Positions 59,046-64,000 of a DNA stretch of 64,000 bases are shown one piece after another. Under the pieces are notes generated by a model. The model saw only the letters and a list, made by a program, of their open reading frames with translations, was not told where the DNA came from and did no database searches. The stretch comes from Kudoa neothunni (Eukaryota > Animalia > Cnidaria): NCBI GenBank assembly GCA_964304625.1, contig OZ199840.1:8581487-8645486 (forward strand). Reading direction: 5' to 3'. Numbering within the stretch: position 1 is the stretch's first letter; each line of letters begins with the position of its first letter. The position numbers were made by a program, and so were the translations under genes.

Positions 59046-60575
59046 GAAACAACAATATGTAACTTAAATCAATATAATATTTATATTATATCAGTATATC
59101 TTAAGTCAAAAAGTTAAATAATATCCTCCATTTCAAGGGTATCCAGCACGGCATGCGTCCGCGTTTTTCTGCGCCGTCCAAATTAGTCAAAAAATTTTTG
59201 AACGAACGAAATTAAAACTTGATTTTTTAAGTGATTATAAGTTTATGAAATATCAGAATTTAATCAAAAATAAATGAAACAAAACCCAATAACTGGATAT
59301 AATGTAACGCCTAATAACGCCTTTTATGGGCTCTCGTTTATTTGTTTTTTGTGTTTGTGTGAAAAAATTTAGAAAAAACTGATATCAAATATCCAGTTAA
59401 TTTGATCGAATTCTAAGTTTTCACATAATAGCAAACCAGACGTATAGAACGCACATGTAGTGACAGTATTAATGTGTTGAGCATTAATAATGCTCAATTT
59501 TTTTCTAACCCCTCAGTTTATAAATGATTTATTATCACCATTTTTGTCGATTCTGCTTAGTAAAATAAATAAAGATAAGTTCCTAAAATCAACTTCAAAA
59601 GATAATTTGTAAATTTTATCGAAATCCCACTTTAGGCAAAATCGTTCTTGGATAATCTTCCTTTTGTTGACATATTTTTACATATTCTATAGTTCAATCG
59701 TTTAACTAATTTTTTAATGAAGAAATAAAAAGATTTACTATTGCCACGTTCTGTTTACTGCGTGCTATTCAAAAATGGAGTTGTTAATTTTGCGTGGTTG
59801 ATGATTTTAACAAATATTTTCATACATTTCTTCCTACAGTTTATCTGTGCAAGACTCCAAATCGATATAAAAATTTAGGAAATTTCAATTGTTTGATCCT
59901 AAGAAATCGGAGAGTAATCTTCATCCGACAAATGACTTCACAATCTGTAATGACAAAAATTACGTGGTGGTTTATCATATATTTACATGAAAGATAAAAG
60001 TTTATCTCAATTTACTGCTTCATAAAACAATGTATCCTTTTTTTAATTAGATTATTATAAAGTGACATTTGAAAATTATTATCTTTTAGCCCTTTACACA
60101 TCTTCAAAAATCGATGTCGAAACAATTGGAATAAAAGCTGTTCCAATAACCATAGATTACTTATTTAATCCCCTAATGGATTAGGGGTAGAAATCTATCC
60201 CAATGAGACATTGTTTACTGTATAATTCATTCCTTATAGATTCAAACTTTCTGAGATTATATGTATTCCTTCGAAATAAATTTATTTTAACATTAAAATA
60301 AAATAACAATTTTTATCAGGGTTTCTCTCCATACCAACGTTGGAGCAGTACTCGGTACTCGCCAAAAGGTACCATTACCAATAAAATTTCTTTTTTTAAA
60401 CCAGTATATAATGAAGAATAATGTGTCAAATTACATTAAAATGTATCAAGATTCCTTAAATTGGCTCTTTAAAGTTATTCTTACATTTTTATAAATTTTT
60501 AAGCATTTCACCATCGAATAGTACAAAGCACGTAATAGGTTTGCAATATTCATTGGCCTACCAATAAAATATCAT

Positions 60576-61845
60576 GTAATGGTAAAGTATGTGCAACTAA
60601 AAACGTCCCCTTGCGCTTGTTTTATGAATTTCTTTTTTTTCACGAATGTCCATAATAAAATAAAATAAGAAGAAGAGAAAAAAATTCAGCTTCAAATAAT
60701 AACTTTAAAATTTTGAGAACTCTTCATCCGATCGCGGTCGGATACACGTGTAATCTCCATCTTTTTCCAACCAACATTGAATTGATCTCTAATTTGTCTT
60801 TATAATCATTCATAAATTGGTTCTGATTCATATTTTTTACGATATAGACACAAATTTTACAATATCAAATTCAATGATACAGGTTTTCATAGGTTTTAAG
60901 CATGAATAGTTTAAAAGCGAGAAGGCAACCACGAGCTCTCAATATATATTTTCTTAATTATCTTGGAGCTCATGAGCTTTTTTAATAATTAATAAAAATT
61001 ATATTTTAGATAAACATTTAATTACAGTAGGTAAATATCTTAAGGTCGATTATATGAAGTTATTACTTTATTAGGGGAATTTTTACGTGTGTGTTTAGTC
61101 TATCTTTCAATTAACGTAAAAATGTTGTTATTGTATCTTCAAGGAATTGTTATTTCTATATATTTATTAGTTTTAGTCAATTATATATTTCTTAATGTAA
61201 ACAATAGATTAAGTGAACATACTGCGTTTACATCTCAAAATATTCACAACTAATAATTTGGGGAAAATTTTCCTAACAACGAATTTGACATATAAAAAAA
61301 ACTTATAAAACAATTAAAATATAGTTAACAAATTTTTTTTTCAATGTTATACGCATGCTTCTAAGTAAACAAAATAAATATAATTATTTTTAAAAATTAG
61401 GTTGCTAAATTGTAATAATAAAAACTAATTAATTTCTTAATTTTAAAATAAGAATTTCATAAAAAATTATAAACTAAACCAAACTTTACTACATTAATAT
61501 CTTTACTTACAAATTCCTAAAATATGTTTATTATAGTTAAAAACGAGATGTTTTTGTGAAATTTCCAAAAAGTTTATTTATAATGTTAATTCATATAAAA
61601 TTGTTCTTTATCAATAGTAAAAAATTTAAATAATAATAAATAATTTTTGAGTTAATAACTAAGAAGGAAACAATATAATTCAATGTTTGTTGAAAAAGAT
61701 GGAGATTACATGTGTATCCGACCGCGTTCGGATGAAAAATTCTCAAAATATTGAAGTTGTTATATTATCAAGAATCGTGAAAATAGAAATGCGATAAAGC
61801 ATGAGCAAGAGGGCATTTTTTAGGTGTCGCATACTTTACCATTAC
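60576..61845. mobile_element. Foldback / long-TIR non-autonomous DNA element
   Basis: Imperfect inverted arms at ~60576-60783 and ~61677-61845 (GTAATGGTAAAGTATG; CATCCGATCGCGGTCGGATACA). No clear TSD. Confidence 0.75.
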
Positions 61846-62575
61846 CGCAATCAGCTAGGTCACCTTATTGAGTAATATCAGTAAATTTTAGAGAAATAAA
61901 ACTTTTTTTTAAATGTCCAAAAATTTTGGCGTAATCTCATTGGAATACAACAAACATCTAAAACCACTGAAATTTAAAATGTGGGCATGCGTAGAACATG
62001 GTATCAGTGCAACCCTAGTTTGGACCATCAAACGGTCAACCATATAATAAATTTTGTTGATGGTGAAAACTAGGGTTGCATCGAATGTTGTTGGAATGTA
62101 ATGAAAACCCCACTACTGAAAATATGGAAGGGGTAAAATTCGATCGCATCGAATTCCATCATCGTAAAGCGTGATACAGATCAAGAGGAAACAAAAGAAT
62201 TGATCTCCACCATAACTTCTCTAAGTTATTGAGTATTTCAAATTAAATTATTTCACGCCGTAAATCGCCATTTTCTGTTTTATTGATGTGTTGTATCTTG
62301 AGACTTTTTCTTATTTTTACAATGTATATTAACTTCAATGGAATAAAGTCAAAATTTATTTGTATTTAAAAAATAGTGTTTTTAATGAATCAAATAATTA
62401 ATGTTAAATAATTTTATAAATATATTAATCAACCTTGGGAGAATCAAAATCATTACTCAAGAATTACTTTTATTTAACGTAATTATAAAAATTGTTGAAA
62501 TAATATTATTTTTTGTTGATGCTTTCATTTCCTTACAACTGATGTTAATCCTTATCTACTGTCTACTATATACAT

Positions 62576-63216
62576 TAATGGATCGGTCGTACGTAACCCC
62601 CTTGGGGATGAAGAAATTGTACATACTACCGGTCCCGACTGGATAGTACGTAATTTTTGTTCAAAATTCCGATTTAAAAATGAATAAACATCTGGACTAA
62701 AATCAGACATATACTCCCACTTTTTTGAGACATGATGTTTAAAATAGTTGCCAAGCCTTTTTAAATAAAATAAGTCCATCTCTAAAAGGCTTAATTTTTG
62801 ATCAATAAAATCATCATCTGTTTCTGAATTATTGGGGGGGGGCTGTCATTGTGCCATTGTTATTTCCGTGAATTAGGGGGGACATCATTATAGACCACAT
62901 TACTACGTATCTACAACATGTTTCTATGTTTTTCCTTTATTTTTCAACTACTTACCACATTTATTTAATTATAAAAACTTTCTAATTGATTAATCGTGAT
63001 AAAAAGAAAGAAAACGCTTGATTTAATCACACGGTCAAAGCAAAAAGGTACGTACGGCCGATCCTCACGTGACTTTCGATTTTTCATTTTTTTCGTACTA
63101 ATTATGCTTATAAATTATTTAGAGCGAGTAATAATAACATTTTGAAATCATTTTGAATACGAGAGAACATTTTAATATGTAAAATAACTAAAGTACGTAC
63201 GGCTGGTCCATTACTC
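62576..63216. repeat. Short inverted-repeat-bounded element
   Basis: TAATGGATCGGTCGTACGTA (62576) recurs inverted at ~63047-63064 and ~63194-63213. Confidence 0.45.
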
Positions 63217-64000
63217 TACAAAAGCTGAAGTGTCCTTGTGTATCAGCATGTGCGTCAAAATTTTTTAAAAATTAAAATGTTTTAAAAAATCTTTAAATCT
63301 GTTTCACACCTCTTTATTTTCCCAAAAGTGTTTAGAAAATGATGATTTTGTCAGTTCCAAATTTGTTTATCGGTTTACTCGAGTTCAACAATGGGATTAA
63401 CACCGGCTCATGTCACGGTGAAGGTCGGATAAAATTAAAATTCTCCCTTACACGCTCTATTATAGGTCAATTAAGCGATGCCATCTATCTTTATGTATAA
63501 GGTTGGCGTTCTTTTTTGCGTTTTTGTGCAAATACACTCCTTATTTGCGGAGTTATATCGTATTTGACTTGAAAAAAACATTTTGAAGGTTCTATTAGTG
63601 GTTTTAGATGTGATAAAAAATCTATATGTGTAAGAATAACAGATTGGTGTATAACGTTAAAATTACATTGATTGGATCATTGTAATGTAACGACTGCGTC
63701 CGTAGATTTCATTTAAATCGTCCGCTAAGTTTAACGTTCCGTGTTTAAATTCAATGTAGATGGTTGTACTTGTTGTTCACCTAATTATTTAAATTTTTTA
63801 TGTTGAGTTTATCGCGATTTGTAGCTGTTTATGTGAAAAAGTGCGTTAAGCTCTCGCCGGGCCAAGGGATATTAATTTGAGCAATAAAAATTAATTTTCG
63901 TCCATTTTCTTCAATCTCTATATCTTTTTCTATTTATTTGTCTCCCGTAAATAGTGGTGCAAAAAATTTTTGAGTCGGCAATAAAGAAAGTCTAGGGTAA

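Overview
AT-rich eukaryotic (animal-type) genomic DNA. Most spliceosomal introns are very short (~35-65 nt) and the TE load is heavy. The gene content, strong protein divergence and tiny introns suggest a reduced parasitic metazoan such as a myxozoan cnidarian; this is inference only. Spliced host genes, reconstructed by hand: an 11-exon type I surface protein made of seven Cys-rich FN3-like modules (-), an ACAT1/T2-like thiolase with altered catalytic fingerprints (-), HAUS3 (-), an OST3/OST6 (MAGT1/TUSC3)-like subunit lacking CxxC (+), a ZDHHC2/15/20-type palmitoyltransferase (-), RECQL5 (+), ALKBH7 (-), MFSD6 (+) and a secreted five-domain Kunitz protein (+). Mobile DNA: at least seven piggyBac-type elements (one nearly intact, with a paralogous empty site inside the window), a Buster-type hAT nested in a piggyBac, hAT and Tc1/mariner MITEs, pogo and Tc1/IS630 relics, long-TIR foldback elements, and three tRNA-derived SINEs that share a core and tail but differ in their 5' halves. 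The best leads are the modular Cys-FN3 surface protein, the mostly disulfide-deficient penta-Kunitz protein, the HEAF/CNS thiolase, the CxxC-less OST subunit and the shared-core SINE family. All homology calls are from motif recognition, not database searches.
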